DNA of 64,000 bases from an uncultured Spirochaetota bacterium (GCA_963820525.1 CAWGAA010000001.1:2368001-2432000), one strand, 5' to 3'. Shown: positions 38,015 to 48,383, counted from the first letter of the stretch. The notes: generated by a model from the sequence alone, not told the origin. Translations and numbers: made by a program.

Positions 38015-39310
38015 TCAGGCAGGCATCCCGGTGAGCCCGGCTTCCGCGTTCAGCTTCGCCCACATCCGCCGGTATGCCGGGTCCTTGAATGAAAGATCGC
38101 CCCGGGAGCGCAGGCGGGCAATCCACGCCTCCGTCTCCTCGAGCGCCGTCCGGAAGCAGTGCTCCATGAAGTCGCGCTTCTCGGCCGCCGTGCCCTTGCG
38201 GACCGTAGGGGCCGCCTTGAGGAACCCGCTCTCAAGAGCGTCGAAATCGGAGCGGATCTCGGGCACGATCCTCGTGAAATCGGCCATCGCCCGTCGATGG
38301 AGAAGCTCGTGCTTCCACCACAGGGAGCGTGGATCGAAATGCTCGGTGGGAAGCGGGCCGATGTCGGGAAGCTCGAGGCCGGGGAACACGGGTTTGAAGA
38401 TCGAGAGGCAGGTGCCGGAGGTGCCGGTGACCCACGCCAGGATGTCTTCGCCCCTGATGTCGGCCACCATGACCCCGTCCGCCTGCCACCAGCGGTCCTT
38501 CTGCGGGCCCGCGTGCATGCACAGGCTGGAATGAACGGGAGCCGTGGCCGGGTCGTAGCCGTCTCCATGCAGCCGCATCAGATTGAAAATCGTGGCTGCC
38601 GTGATCGAGCCTTTCGACTCTCTCAGCCCGTCGGAGCTCGTCCGTTGCCGCTGGGGCGCCCCCAAAGCCGGGGGAACCTCGGGCAGGGCGAAGGTGGAAG
38701 CCCAATCCAGGGACCCTTTCTCATCCGCCTCCGAGCAGCGCTCCCAGTCTCTGCGGATGCCCAGCATGTTCGAGATCGAAGCGATATTCTCGACCCCGCG
38801 CACCGCCCACTTGCGGCCGGCCGTCTCCAGCACGTACGCTTCGCGGGCATCGGCCATGAGGAAGCTTGAGTCGAAGTGGGAGTTTCCCTTGAGCTCGGCG
38901 CTCCCTCCCTGTCCGTAGGTTTCCAGCAGGCGCGTCATCACCTCGATTGCTTCGCGGCAGCTCCTCGCCCGCTCCAGGCCGAGCCTCATCAGGTCGGGAC
39001 CGATGATCCCGTCCCCCGCCTCTTTCATCTCCGTGGTGAATACGGCTTCCTCGCCCATGCAGAGGCCGAACTCGTTCACGCCGATCTCGCATCCGTAGGT
39101 CCAGAAGGCCTTGGTGAGGATGAGCTCGAAGGTCTCATCGGCCTGGGGGATGACGAGGTGGGTCAGGCGCACAGCCTCCCCGGGAACGTGGCGCGCGCGG
39201 GGGATGTGCACGAGGGCATTGGCCTCGTTCACCTCGCAATCGGCGCTCTTAGCGAAGAGAACGGCGCCGTCGGCGGCTGCCGGCGGCAGGGCGACAAGGG
39301 AATCGCACAT
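38015..39310 (-). CDS. Peptidase C69/secernin-like Ntn hydrolase
   Basis: N-terminal MCD nucleophile; FAK..D...NE, W..G.E.GVNE.G, G.DL.RL.LER, E.YGQGG and S.FKP motifs. Confidence 0.85.
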   Translation of the reverse strand: MCDSLVALPPAAADGAVLFAKSADCEVNEANALVHIPRARHVPGEAVRLTHLVIPQADETFELILTKAFWTYGCEIGVNEFGLCMGEEAVFTTEMKEAGDGIIGPDLMRLGLERARSCREAIEVMTRLLETYGQGGSAELKGNSHFDSSFLMADAREAYVLETAGRKWAVRGVENIASISNMLGIRRDWERCSEADEKGSLDWASTFALPEVPPALGAPQRQRTSSDGLRESKGSITAATIFNLMRLHGDGYDPATAPVHSSLCMHAGPQKDRWWQADGVMVADIRGEDILAWVTGTSGTCLSIFKPVFPGLELPDIGPLPTEHFDPRSLWWKHELLHRRAMADFTRIVPEIRSDFDALESGFLKAAPTVRKGTAAEKRDFMEHCFRTALEETEAWIARLRSRGDLSFKDPAYRRMWAKLNAEAGLTGMPA

Positions 39311-39322
39311 AGAGGCCTCCCG

Positions 39323-40378
39323 CTAGGAATCCGGCGAGCGCTTCCGCTTTGCCAGGGAGGCGATGTCTTCCCAGACGAGCTCGCGGCCGCCCATGATGCC
39401 GGAAGGACGGAGGATCAGGATTACGATCAGGAGGCACGCCATGACCACCTCGGTGAATCCCACCAGGCTGCTGGGAAGTATCCGGGACATGTTCACGTTG
39501 TTCTCGATCGAGCGAAGCCCCTCCCGCAGTATCGTCACCAGCACCGTGCCGATCACGGCGCCGGAAACGCTCTGGGGTCCTCCGATCACCAGCATGGCGA
39601 GGAAGACGAACATGGCGGGGAGGTAGAAGGAGTAGGGGGAGAAGGAGGTGATGAAGTGGGCCCACAGCGCTCCGGCGAATCCGGCCATGAACGCGCTCAG
39701 GATGAAGGAGATGTAGCGCATCACGACGATGTTGATTCCGATGCAGGAAGCGGCGCTTGAGTCGTCGCGCGAGGCGCGCAGCTTCAGCCCGATAGAGGAC
39801 TCCTTGAACCACCAGGCCACGCCGAGGAACAGCACCCCGAAGACGGTGGCCGTTCCCAGGTACGTGAAGCGGTCGACGCCGAAGAGAGTCCGCGGCCCGT
39901 TGGTGACGGCGGACCAGTGGACCAGTACCACGTTGATGATCACCAGCAGCGAGAAGATCGTGATGACCCCGGCCGCATCGGAGAGGCGCATGAGGGGATA
40001 GCTCACGATTGCCGCCACCAGGGCGGCGATGAGCCCCCCGATCAGGAGGGAAGCGAGAAAGGGAAGCTGGACATGCGTGAGCAGCGGGTAGAGGTCCGGC
40101 AGGGCCGCGGCCTTGGCGGCGGGGCTCATGGAGAAGAGCACCGAGCCGTACGCGCCGATCCCCATGAATCCCGCCACGGCGAAGGAGAGGATCCCCGAGT
40201 TTCCCATGAACACCTGGAGCGCCAGCACGAGGATGAGGTCCATGAACAGCACCGTGACGATGCGCTCGATCAGGGTATCTCCTATCAGGAAGGTGACGCC
40301 GGAAGCCAGCAGGAGGGGTACGGTCAGGATGAAGAACGTGGAGTTTCTGGAAAGCCAGGGGGTGAGCTTCATTGTCAT
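39323..40378 (-). CDS. livM: Branched-chain amino acid-type ABC permease (LivM-like)
   Basis: G..GILSF..AGF.GIGAY, G..LRA.RD...A...GI and RP.G..G motifs; ATGA overlap with livH. Confidence 0.85.
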   Translation of the reverse strand: MTMKLTPWLSRNSTFFILTVPLLLASGVTFLIGDTLIERIVTVLFMDLILVLALQVFMGNSGILSFAVAGFMGIGAYGSVLFSMSPAAKAAALPDLYPLLTHVQLPFLASLLIGGLIAALVAAIVSYPLMRLSDAAGVITIFSLLVIINVVLVHWSAVTNGPRTLFGVDRFTYLGTATVFGVLFLGVAWWFKESSIGLKLRASRDDSSAASCIGINIVVMRYISFILSAFMAGFAGALWAHFITSFSPYSFYLPAMFVFLAMLVIGGPQSVSGAVIGTVLVTILREGLRSIENNVNMSRILPSSLVGFTEVVMACLLIVILILRPSGIMGGRELVWEDIASLAKRKRSPDS

Positions 40379-41268
40379 CCAATCCGTTTGGAAGAGGTGG
40401 CCCCGCGGATGAGCCCTTCGGGACGGAAGAGAAGGATAAGGATCACGATGACGAACATGAACGCCTCGCGGTACTCCATCAGGCCCGGGGGCAGGAGAAC
40501 GCCGATGAGGCTGAAGACGATTCCGTAGATGTAGCCGCCCACGACGGCCCCGGCGAGACTCCGCATTCCGCCGATCACGGTGGCCACGAAGGCGACCAGC
40601 AGGGGCGCCCCGCCGATGGTCGGCGTCACGGATGCCGTGCGGCCCACCCAGAACAATGCCACCACTCCCGCAAGGAGGCCGCTGATCGCGAATGCGGCCG
40701 AAATCACCAGGTTTGCCGGCACTCCCAGGATGCGCGTCATCCTGAAGTTGTCGGAGGCGGCGCGAAGCGCGATGCCAAGAACCGTTTTTCTGAGCAGCAG
40801 GATGAGCAGGAAAAGAAGGGCAAGGCTCGTGACGATTGCCAGGATGTTTCGGATGGGAATGTCCTGACCCAGAACCATGACGCTCTGGCTGAAGGCACCC
40901 GGCAGGGGCACGCCGCGGGCGCGCGGGGAAATGATGAGCAGGGCCGCGTTCTGAAGCAGGGCGCTCACGGCAAAGGAGGTGATCAGCATGGCCGTGGGAG
41001 AGTGCTCCCTCACCGGGCGGAACGCCACGCGCTCGGTGAGGTAGCTTGTGAGAACCGCCACTCCCACGGAAAGGACCGCCATGACGATCCAGGGGAGAAC
41101 GGGCCCCAGGGCGAGGACGAAGAGCGAATACCCCGTGATCATGAGAAGCTCGCCGTAGGCGAAGTTCACGAGGTTGAGGATGCCGTATACGATCACCATC
41201 CCCAGCGCGAGCAGGGCGTACGTGCTTCCCAGGCTGAGGGCATTGATGATGAAGTCCAGGGTTATCAC
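40375..41268 (-). CDS. livH: Branched-chain amino acid-type ABC permease (LivH-like)
   Basis: GS.YALLALG...YG...NFA.GE, T.LG.A.RA and FRPEGL motifs. Confidence 0.88.
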   Translation of the reverse strand: MITLDFIINALSLGSTYALLALGMVIVYGILNLVNFAYGELLMITGYSLFVLALGPVLPWIVMAVLSVGVAVLTSYLTERVAFRPVREHSPTAMLITSFAVSALLQNAALLIISPRARGVPLPGAFSQSVMVLGQDIPIRNILAIVTSLALLFLLILLLRKTVLGIALRAASDNFRMTRILGVPANLVISAAFAISGLLAGVVALFWVGRTASVTPTIGGAPLLVAFVATVIGGMRSLAGAVVGGYIYGIVFSLIGVLLPPGLMEYREAFMFVIVILILLFRPEGLIRGATSSKRIG

Positions 41269-42008
41269 GACGCTCCCTCCTCCCCCGGCTTCCGCCTGTG
41301 GTCGCCGAGGTAGACACCTTCGACGTCGACGAAGCTTCGGATGTGATCCGGCGTTCCTTCCACTTCGATGCGCCCCGTGTGCAGAAGGTATGCGCGATCC
41401 ACGATGTCGAGGGCCCTCTCCACGTTCTGCTCCACCAGGAGGATGGTCACGCCGCGCTCTCGCAGGCGCACGATGAGCTGGAAGATCTGGTCCACGAGAA
41501 CGGGGGCGAGGCCCAGCGAAGGCTCGTCGAGCATCAAGAGCTTGGGGTGGGACATGAGGGCGCGGGCTATGGCGAGCTGCTGCTGCTCGCCGCCGGAAAG
41601 GGTTCCCCCGGCCTGGCGCAGGCGTTCTCCGAGGATTGGGAAAAGCTGGATCATCTCCTCCAGGTCCCGCTGGAACTCGGCCCTCCGGTAGCGGACGAAC
41701 GCTCCCAGGCGGAGGTTCTCGGCCACCGTCAGGCTGGGCAGGATGTCGCGGCCCTCGGGAACCAGGGCGATGCCCTTGCGGGTGATGTACTCGGGAGGGC
41801 GGCCCTGGATCTGCTCTCCCTGGAAGACGATGCTGCCGGCAAAGGGCTTGAGCGCACCGGCGATCGTGGAAAGGGTGGTCGTCTTTCCCGCGCCGTTCAC
41901 CCCGATCAAAGCCACAAGCTCGCCATCTGCGACGGAGAGCGACACGTCCCGCACGGCGCTTATGGCCCCATAGCGGATCGACACGCCGGCGACGGAGAGG
42001 ATGCTCAC
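41265..42008 (-). CDS. livF: ABC ATP-binding protein (LivF-like)
   Basis: G.NGAGKTT, VPEGR, LSGGEQQ, LDEPSLGLAP and VEQN motifs; GTG start overlapping the livG stop. Confidence 0.9.
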   Translation of the reverse strand: MSILSVAGVSIRYGAISAVRDVSLSVADGELVALIGVNGAGKTTTLSTIAGALKPFAGSIVFQGEQIQGRPPEYITRKGIALVPEGRDILPSLTVAENLRLGAFVRYRRAEFQRDLEEMIQLFPILGERLRQAGGTLSGGEQQQLAIARALMSHPKLLMLDEPSLGLAPVLVDQIFQLIVRLRERGVTILLVEQNVERALDIVDRAYLLHTGRIEVEGTPDHIRSFVDVEGVYLGDHRRKPGEEGAS

Positions 42009-42763
42009 CGCCGCACCTCCGTGGAGCCCAGGTATGCCTCCACCACGGCGGGAATGGCCCTGACGTGCTCCGGGGTCCCCTCGCCGATCGTGCGGCCGTA
42101 GCTCAGGACGTGGAGGCGATGGCAGAGGCGCATGATCAGCCGCATGTCGTGCTCCACGATCATCATCCCGAGGCTCTTCTGCGCGGGGATGGGGGCCAGC
42201 ATCTTCAGAAGCTCGTCGCTCTCCTCCTCGTTCAGGCCCGCGGCGGGCTCGTCGAGGAGAAGGAAACGGGGCTCCATGGCCAGGGCGCGGGCCACCTCGA
42301 CTCTCCGCTCCAGGCCGTAGGGAAGCGCTCCCGCTTTCTGGCTGCCCCAATCGGAAAGGGCAAGCTCTCCGAGAACCGTCTCGGCGCGCCGGCGGGCTTC
42401 GAAGAGCGAGAGGCCCATGCTGACCGCGGCAACCTGGACGTTCTCCAGCACCGAAAGATCGCGGAAAAGTCGTATGGTCTGGAAGGTCCGGGCAAGCCCG
42501 CTTCTGGCGATCCTGAACGCGGGCTTGTTGGTTATGTCGACGCCGCCAACGAGCACCTTCCCGCTGCTTGCCGGCAGCAGCCCCGTGACCACGTTGATCA
42601 AGGTTGTCTTTCCGGAGCCATTGGGGCCGATGAGCCCGAGGATCTCGCCTTGAGCGAGCTCCAGGCTGACGCCATCCAGCGCGCGAAGGCCGGCGAAATC
42701 CTTTGTCACCCCCTCGAGAACGAGGAGAGTCTTTCCATTGCCCGCCGCGTGTATTGAATCCAT
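42005..42763 (-). CDS. livG: ABC ATP-binding protein (LivG-like)
   Basis: GPNGSGKTT, ARTFQ, LDEPAAGLN, EHDM and V.EAYLG motifs. Confidence 0.9.
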   Translation of the reverse strand: MDSIHAAGNGKTLLVLEGVTKDFAGLRALDGVSLELAQGEILGLIGPNGSGKTTLINVVTGLLPASSGKVLVGGVDITNKPAFRIARSGLARTFQTIRLFRDLSVLENVQVAAVSMGLSLFEARRRAETVLGELALSDWGSQKAGALPYGLERRVEVARALAMEPRFLLLDEPAAGLNEEESDELLKMLAPIPAQKSLGMMIVEHDMRLIMRLCHRLHVLSYGRTIGEGTPEHVRAIPAVVEAYLGSTEVRR

Positions 42764-42841
42764 CTCGTGTGTCTGGGATGGGGAGAGGCGCGCGCCCCTC
42801 CCCTATCCATCTCTATCTCATTTCCGGTTGAAAGCCGAACC

Positions 42842-44032
42842 CTATGGCGCGGGGATGTCCTTGGGACGGACCCAGCCGATGAACTTGGGTACGGCCTTGT
42901 CCAGCTGAACCAGGGGCGCCTCGATGTCGGGCTCGTGCCCGGTATCCGCGCTGGACCACTTCAGCTTGCCGGTGAGCAGGTTGAACTCCATGCCCTCCAT
43001 GGCCTTGGCCATGGCGGCGCCGTCCGTGCTGCCCGCCTTCTGCATGGCCTGCGTCAGGATCATCACGGCATCCCAGCCCGTTGCCACCCACACGGCATCC
43101 GGCTCGGAGTTGTACTTCGCCTTGTAGGCCGCGAGGAAAGCGTCCATGCTGGGAGTGACCCCCGGAGCGAGGAAGCTATGGGTGTCGAAGTAGATGTCGC
43201 TTCCGTACTTCTCCCCCAGGGCCTTGAACAGCCCGGGGTCGTCATAGGAATCCCCACCGACGATGGGCACGGTGATCCCCGCCTCGCGGATGGTCCTGAT
43301 GATCGTGCCCAGGTCCGGCATGTAGGAGGAGATGAAGATGAACTCGGCCTTCTTGCCCGTCGCCTTCAGGCGCGCCAGCTGCGCGGAGAAATCCTGGGCG
43401 CCCTGCACGTAGGTGTCCTCGAAGATGATCGTGCCGCCCAGCTTCTTGAAGTGCTGGATGAAGTAGCGGCTCAAGCTCTTGGTGTAGTCGATGAAGGTGT
43501 CGGTCACCACGTAGCCGGTTCTCCAGCCCTTCTGGTTGTAGGCGAACTCTGCGGTGGCGGCTCCCATGGTCGTGTTCCACATCGACATGGTGAACTGCTT
43601 GTCGCCGAGGGTCTTGGAGCCGTACAGGGGAGAGGAGGCCGCGGGAGAAATTCCCACGATCCCCGCCTTCTGCGCCTCGCGGCTCGAGGGGCCGCCGAAA
43701 TCGAAATCGCTGGGTGCGATAATGGCCTTGGCCCCCTTCTTGATCAGCTCAATCGCGACGTTTCCCACCGTGACCGGGTCGCTCTTTCCGTCGAGGTTGA
43801 CGAACTCGACCTTGCGTCCCAGCACTCCGCCCTGCTTGTTGACCTCGTCAACGGCGAGCTGGGCGCCGCGGACCGCGGGCTCGTCGAGCGGGGCCTGGAT
43901 GCCGGTAAGGCAGAGGGCGCCGCCGATCAGGATCGATCCGCTTTCCTTCTTGGTCTGACCGCAGGAAAAGAGAAGAATGCCCGCGGCAACGATCGTCACG
44001 ATCAGGCCAAGCCGTTTCAGCTTCTTGTGCAT
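42842..44032 (-). CDS. LivK-type ABC solute-binding lipoprotein
   Basis: Lipobox LFSC; LAV.E.N..GGVLGR and QDFSAQL motifs. Confidence 0.88.
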   Translation of the reverse strand: MHKKLKRLGLIVTIVAAGILLFSCGQTKKESGSILIGGALCLTGIQAPLDEPAVRGAQLAVDEVNKQGGVLGRKVEFVNLDGKSDPVTVGNVAIELIKKGAKAIIAPSDFDFGGPSSREAQKAGIVGISPAASSPLYGSKTLGDKQFTMSMWNTTMGAATAEFAYNQKGWRTGYVVTDTFIDYTKSLSRYFIQHFKKLGGTIIFEDTYVQGAQDFSAQLARLKATGKKAEFIFISSYMPDLGTIIRTIREAGITVPIVGGDSYDDPGLFKALGEKYGSDIYFDTHSFLAPGVTPSMDAFLAAYKAKYNSEPDAVWVATGWDAVMILTQAMQKAGSTDGAAMAKAMEGMEFNLLTGKLKWSSADTGHEPDIEAPLVQLDKAVPKFIGWVRPKDIPAP

Positions 44033-44171
44033 GCCGTGCTCTCCTTTCGAGTGAGTATCCTGTAGAATATAAGAACCGCAGACCGACGAGAAAAGACCGC
44101 GATTGCCCCGCCGTCAGTCGAGGATAGTACCGCCTCACGCCGCCGCCGTCAATTTGCCGGCCGTTTGCGTG

Positions 44172-45134
44172 TCACTTTCGACCCAGAACCCTCAGGCACA
44201 AGAAAGTCAGCCACCTCGACGGCTCGCGTTTCTGGCCGAACTCCCACTCTTTCCACGCGGTCCACACGGACTCCGCGGTATAGCGGCCCAGAGCGTCCGC
44301 GTTCTTCTCGATGACGGCGAGAAGCGATTTCAGGCCGCGGTCATTGCGCAGCCGGGGGAACTGGGTGAGCACCTCGGCAACGTGAAGGATATCGTACCAG
44401 ACCAGGGGGGCTTTCATCTTCGAGAAGTCGGTGCCCATGAAGAACATGTAGGGATGATCCTTTCGCCGGTTCTCCCAAAGGCTCAGGATCGCCTCGGCGC
44501 CTGCCCGGCTTGCCGGGCCGTCCCTCAGCCGGGGAAGCCGCGCCATCGCCTTGAGCATCACCAGATTTGCGTAGGGGCACGGATCGTCCTTTCTGCCGGG
44601 CCCGCGGAACCTGCCGAGCTCGGGGGAGACCGCGCACGGCCAGCCGTTTTCCCTGACCAGCCCAAGAAGCTTTCCGATTGCCGCCTGAACGCGCGGATCC
44701 TCTGACAAGCCGAGCTTCAAAAGAGCGAAGACGAGTATCGGCGCATCGCAGAGCGCCCATCCCCATTCATCCTTCCCCGTTCCGCCGAAATGCGCCGGGA
44801 TATTCATGAGAACCTGGAATGGCCCGTCCGCCGCCTGATGAGCGACAATGCGGGAAACGATCTTCTCGATACCGGGGTCGTCAGAGCGAAGCCCGATATC
44901 TGCAATGAACGCAAGCTTGTGCACGGGATGTCCCGCGCTCTTGTGGCTGGAGAGAATGGGGCCGGGCCAATCGGCAAGCTCGGTGATGAGCCCGCGAATC
45001 TGGGGATCGTCAAGCATCGCGGCGCGCGATTCCATCACGTCGGGATGGCTTTCAGGCTGCCCCAGGAGATCGCGACGGACGCGATAGCGCACCCACGACG
45101 GCCCTTCCAATAGCCATTGCACGAGATCGTTCAT
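44172..45134 (-). CDS. Conserved hypothetical protein, possible alpha/alpha-barrel (prenyltransferase-like) fold
   Basis: WLLE..WVRY...DLL start, Q..DG.F and GW.C repeats, PS.W.T...LRVL C-terminus. Confidence 0.65.
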   Translation of the reverse strand: MNDLVQWLLEGPSWVRYRVRRDLLGQPESHPDVMESRAAMLDDPQIRGLITELADWPGPILSSHKSAGHPVHKLAFIADIGLRSDDPGIEKIVSRIVAHQAADGPFQVLMNIPAHFGGTGKDEWGWALCDAPILVFALLKLGLSEDPRVQAAIGKLLGLVRENGWPCAVSPELGRFRGPGRKDDPCPYANLVMLKAMARLPRLRDGPASRAGAEAILSLWENRRKDHPYMFFMGTDFSKMKAPLVWYDILHVAEVLTQFPRLRNDRGLKSLLAVIEKNADALGRYTAESVWTAWKEWEFGQKREPSRWLTFLCLRVLGRK

Positions 45135-45321
45135 CGGCGACAGACGATACACCTTCTGACGCTCCACGCCAAGGAGGTGGGAGCGCCGCGCGCGTCCGCC
45201 GAGGAGCCGTCGGGCGGGCCTTTCCCGGGACGCCGAAGAGCGTCCGGTTGCTGGGGGGCCGCCGCGGTTCGTACATTTGTCCCATGTCATTGTCATGAGT
45301 CTGTTATGTGGAGGTAACGGT

Positions 45322-45510
45322 ATGTCGCTTCTCCAAGTGAACTGGCTCGCCGTCGTGGCAGGCGCGATCATCAGCATAGTCCTCGGATTCCTCTGGTACG
45401 GTCCCTTCTTCGGAAAGATCTGGCGGGGCATCATGGAGACGAAGATGGGAAAGAAGCGGGATCAGATGAGAGGCTCGGGCGGCGTGTACGTCCTGAGCAA
45501 CGCCATCTTC
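45322..45510 (+). pseudogene. 5' part of a DUF1761-like membrane protein, truncated
   Basis: GGAGG RBS; NWLAVV.GA....LGFLWYGP.FGK.W signature; frame runs into the antisense strand of the GGDEF gene. Confidence 0.65.
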
Positions 45511-48022
45511 CCCGCAGGATCTCATCCCTCGTTCCCCCGTGCTCGGGAAAGACCGCGACGCCGAAGGAGAGCGAGACGGGCCCGAGGCGCCGGTCGGCCA
45601 GCCGCACGTCCAGATCCTTCACCGCCAGCCTCAATTCCTCCGCGCGCTGCCGCGTCGCCTCACGGGAGGCGTCGGGAAGGATCAGGAGGAACTCCTCACC
45701 GCCGTAGCGGCAGGCGAGGTCCCCGCCCCGAAGGCGTGCGCGGAGGAAGGCCCCTATGGCGCGCAAGAGCTCGTCTCCGGCCGCGTGCCCATGGGCGTCG
45801 TTGAACGCCTTGAAGTGGTCGATGTCCAGCATGACGATTCCAACGGGTTGTCCGCCCCGCTCGGACCGCTTGAGCTCCATCAAAAGAGCCTCCTCCATGT
45901 AGCGGCGGTTGAAAAGCTCGGTGAGGGGATCGTGGATGGAGAGGGAACGCAGATCGCTTCTGAGCCTGAGGTTGGAGAGGGCAAGCGCGATATGCTCGGC
46001 GGCCGACACGGCGAGCGAGCGCGCCTGCGCGCCGAGGTTGAAAGCATGGAACAGACCGATGGTCTCTCCCATCGATGTGAGGGGTATGCAGATACAGCCG
46101 GCGCCCCTGTCGGCGGGAGCATGGGCGCAGGAGAGATCCGAAAAGGAGCCGGTGACGGTATTGACGCGCCCGCGCCTGAGCGCCCAGCAGTCGTCCGTCG
46201 CCAGCACGGAGAGCTTCGGTTGGGCGCTCCCCCACTGAGAGGCGACGCTCAAGAACCTCTTTTCGGCGTCGTACATGTACAGGACGCCAGACGTGCCGGG
46301 GAGCAGCCGGGGGGCATAGAGGGAGATCACGGGAAACGCTTCCTCCGAAGAAACGCAGGACTGCAGCAAGTCGCCCGTCTCGTTGAGCAGCACGACCTCA
46401 CGATTGCGCTGGTCGAGCTGCTCTGCCCGTGAGGCGATGCTCTTTCGAGAGGCCTGCAGAGCCCGCTCCAGCCTCCTGTGCCGCGAGACCTGCACGCGAA
46501 GCGCCCGGGTTCTCTCGGCAACGAGCCTCTCGATGCCGGCGGTGCACCGCATCCTCTCGAATACGGACAGCCCCGCAAATGCCGTGAGGAGAAAGCCGCC
46601 TGCCAGGAGAATCCAGGGCTCGGCAGTTCGCCGCCCCCGCGTGAACGAATCCGTCGCGTAGGCGCGGACCGTCCACTCCCTCTCGCCGAAGTCGATGGGT
46701 CCGCTCCAGGAAAGTGCGGGGTGCCGGCCGGGCGTTTCCCAGGTGCTGGAAGCGCGAGAGTGGTGATAGTAGAGAAGACTCTTGTCCGCCGGGGCCGACG
46801 CGTCTCTGATCTCCAGGTCGATGCCGGCGGGACTCATGTCCTTCAAGGCCGATTCCACGAGCGTGTCCACGCGGAAAGCGTACGCGGCGAACCCCATGAG
46901 CGTTCCGGCGGCTCGCCCGCTTCCGTGCAGCGGGCGGACAAGCCAGATTATGGGCTCGGAATCATCGGGCAGCCCGACCAGCCCCGTCGATATCATATGC
47001 CCGGTTATTGCGGCGCGTTGAAGCGTCGAGCGGATCTCGGGAACCGTGAGCAAGTCCAGCCCCAGGATCTGCCCGCTGCGTTCCCGCGGCTCGCTGACGG
47101 CAACGGCGTAGTACTCGCTTCTCCTGCCCGCTACGACGGTCGCGTTCTCACCGGAGAAATCCCTGATCGCGAATGAAGGATCCAGTGCGGCCCGAGCGCG
47201 CGTCTCGAATGCGCCTCGTTCGGACTGCGCCACGCGAAGCACCAGGCCGATCAGAACGTTATCCTCTTCCTGCCACGGCAGCGACTGCACGAGCCTTCGA
47301 AACTCGCCCGCGAACGCCTCCAGCTTGTCCTCCTGGAGCTCGTTGGAGGCCGCGAAGAAGGAGCCCAGAAGGCCGATCTCCACCCTGTCTTCGGCCAGGC
47401 CGGCGCTGATCGCGTTCGCCCGGTCTAAAGCGAGGCTGGTGAAGTCCGCCATGAGGCGAGCGCGCGAGGCGCCGAGAAGCAGGAGAAACGCCGCCACGCT
47501 CACCGTGATCCCGCCGGCAAGGGTGAGCCCGAGGGGCAGATATTTACGCCAGGACGGAAGGATCGCCGCCGCCGCGGGAGCGCGGCGGGCGCCCGCCCGC
47601 GTTTGCGGGGGAGTCACTCCATCCATCCTTCCCGTCTCCAGGGCCCTGGAGAGCCGGGGCACCACGGCCGCGAGATCTTCAACACGAACGGCCCACGTCC
47701 CGCGGGCGGGATGGCTCCCGCCGCGAGGACGCTCGGCGGACGCCGTGGAGACGAGAATGAGAGGGGGTCTCTCGCCCCGTGATTCGATGAGCGGGGGGGC
47801 CGAATCCCCGAAGGACCTCCACAGCCTCGCGCTCGCGACGACGAGGTCCCATGGCTGCCCCGCCAGAGCGGATTCCGCGGCGTTTCGAGAGGCGGTCCAC
47901 TGGGACTCAAGAGCGTATCCGGCGCGCTCAAGCTCCCTCTGGGCTCGCCGGGCCCCCTCTTCGGTCTCGAAGATCAGGAGCGTACGAAGGAGCTTGCTCT
48001 CTTGGGGTTTCTCCGGATTCAT
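45431..48022 (-). CDS. Diguanylate cyclase (degenerate REC-like, CHASE, GAF, GGDEF), C-terminally truncated
   Basis: DPLT.LFNRR, DIDHFK.FND.HGH..GD and RYGGEEF motifs; normal AD.ALY.AK ending replaced by unrelated sequence after DEILR. Confidence 0.82.
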   Translation of the reverse strand: MNPEKPQESKLLRTLLIFETEEGARRAQRELERAGYALESQWTASRNAAESALAGQPWDLVVASARLWRSFGDSAPPLIESRGERPPLILVSTASAERPRGGSHPARGTWAVRVEDLAAVVPRLSRALETGRMDGVTPPQTRAGARRAPAAAAILPSWRKYLPLGLTLAGGITVSVAAFLLLLGASRARLMADFTSLALDRANAISAGLAEDRVEIGLLGSFFAASNELQEDKLEAFAGEFRRLVQSLPWQEEDNVLIGLVLRVAQSERGAFETRARAALDPSFAIRDFSGENATVVAGRRSEYYAVAVSEPRERSGQILGLDLLTVPEIRSTLQRAAITGHMISTGLVGLPDDSEPIIWLVRPLHGSGRAAGTLMGFAAYAFRVDTLVESALKDMSPAGIDLEIRDASAPADKSLLYYHHSRASSTWETPGRHPALSWSGPIDFGEREWTVRAYATDSFTRGRRTAEPWILLAGGFLLTAFAGLSVFERMRCTAGIERLVAERTRALRVQVSRHRRLERALQASRKSIASRAEQLDQRNREVVLLNETGDLLQSCVSSEEAFPVISLYAPRLLPGTSGVLYMYDAEKRFLSVASQWGSAQPKLSVLATDDCWALRRGRVNTVTGSFSDLSCAHAPADRGAGCICIPLTSMGETIGLFHAFNLGAQARSLAVSAAEHIALALSNLRLRSDLRSLSIHDPLTELFNRRYMEEALLMELKRSERGGQPVGIVMLDIDHFKAFNDAHGHAAGDELLRAIGAFLRARLRGGDLACRYGGEEFLLILPDASREATRQRAEELRLAVKDLDVRLADRRLGPVSLSFGVAVFPEHGGTRDEILRGRWRCSGRTRRPSLSSDPASFPSSSP

Positions 48023-48037
48023 GACGTGCCGCGCCTC

Positions 48038-48064
48038 AAAAAAAAGGGGGCCGACCTGCCCCCT
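48038..48064 (-). terminator. Rho-independent terminator of the RRM gene
   Basis: Minus strand AGGGGG-CAGGTCGG-CCCCCT stem-loop followed by a T run. Confidence 0.75.
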
Positions 48065-48089
48065 AAAGTCCTGAGCTTACGCTCGCCGC

Positions 48090-48383
48090 TTAGTAGCGGT
48101 CGCGGTAGCCGCCGCCGCCGCCGGAAGAACGCTCTTCCCGCGGTTTCGAAAAGTTCACGGTCAGGCTGCGCCCCTCGTGCTGGGAACCGTTGAGAGCCTG
48201 AATGGCGCTCTCCGCTTCCGCCTGGGAGCCCATCTCGACGAAGCCGAAGCCGCGCGAGCGGTCCGTGTACTTGTCCATGATGACCTTGGCGGATTCCACC
48301 GTCCCGTGGCCGGCAAAAAGCTTTTGAAGCTGATCGTCCGTTACGGAATACGACAGGCCGCCGACATAGAGTTTCTTGTTCAT
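48090..48383 (-). CDS. RRM-type RNA-binding protein with a Gly-rich tail (Rbp family)
   Basis: RNP2 LYVGGL, RNP1 RGFGFVEM, tail GGGGGYRDRY; AAGGAGG RBS. Confidence 0.95.
   Translation of the reverse strand: MNKKLYVGGLSYSVTDDQLQKLFAGHGTVESAKVIMDKYTDRSRGFGFVEMGSQAEAESAIQALNGSQHEGRSLTVNFSKPREERSSGGGGGYRDRY

Noticed and set aside
39323..41317. 664-aa fused permease ORF
   Set aside because: The N-terminal half is an off-frame read of livH; the real start is at 40378.
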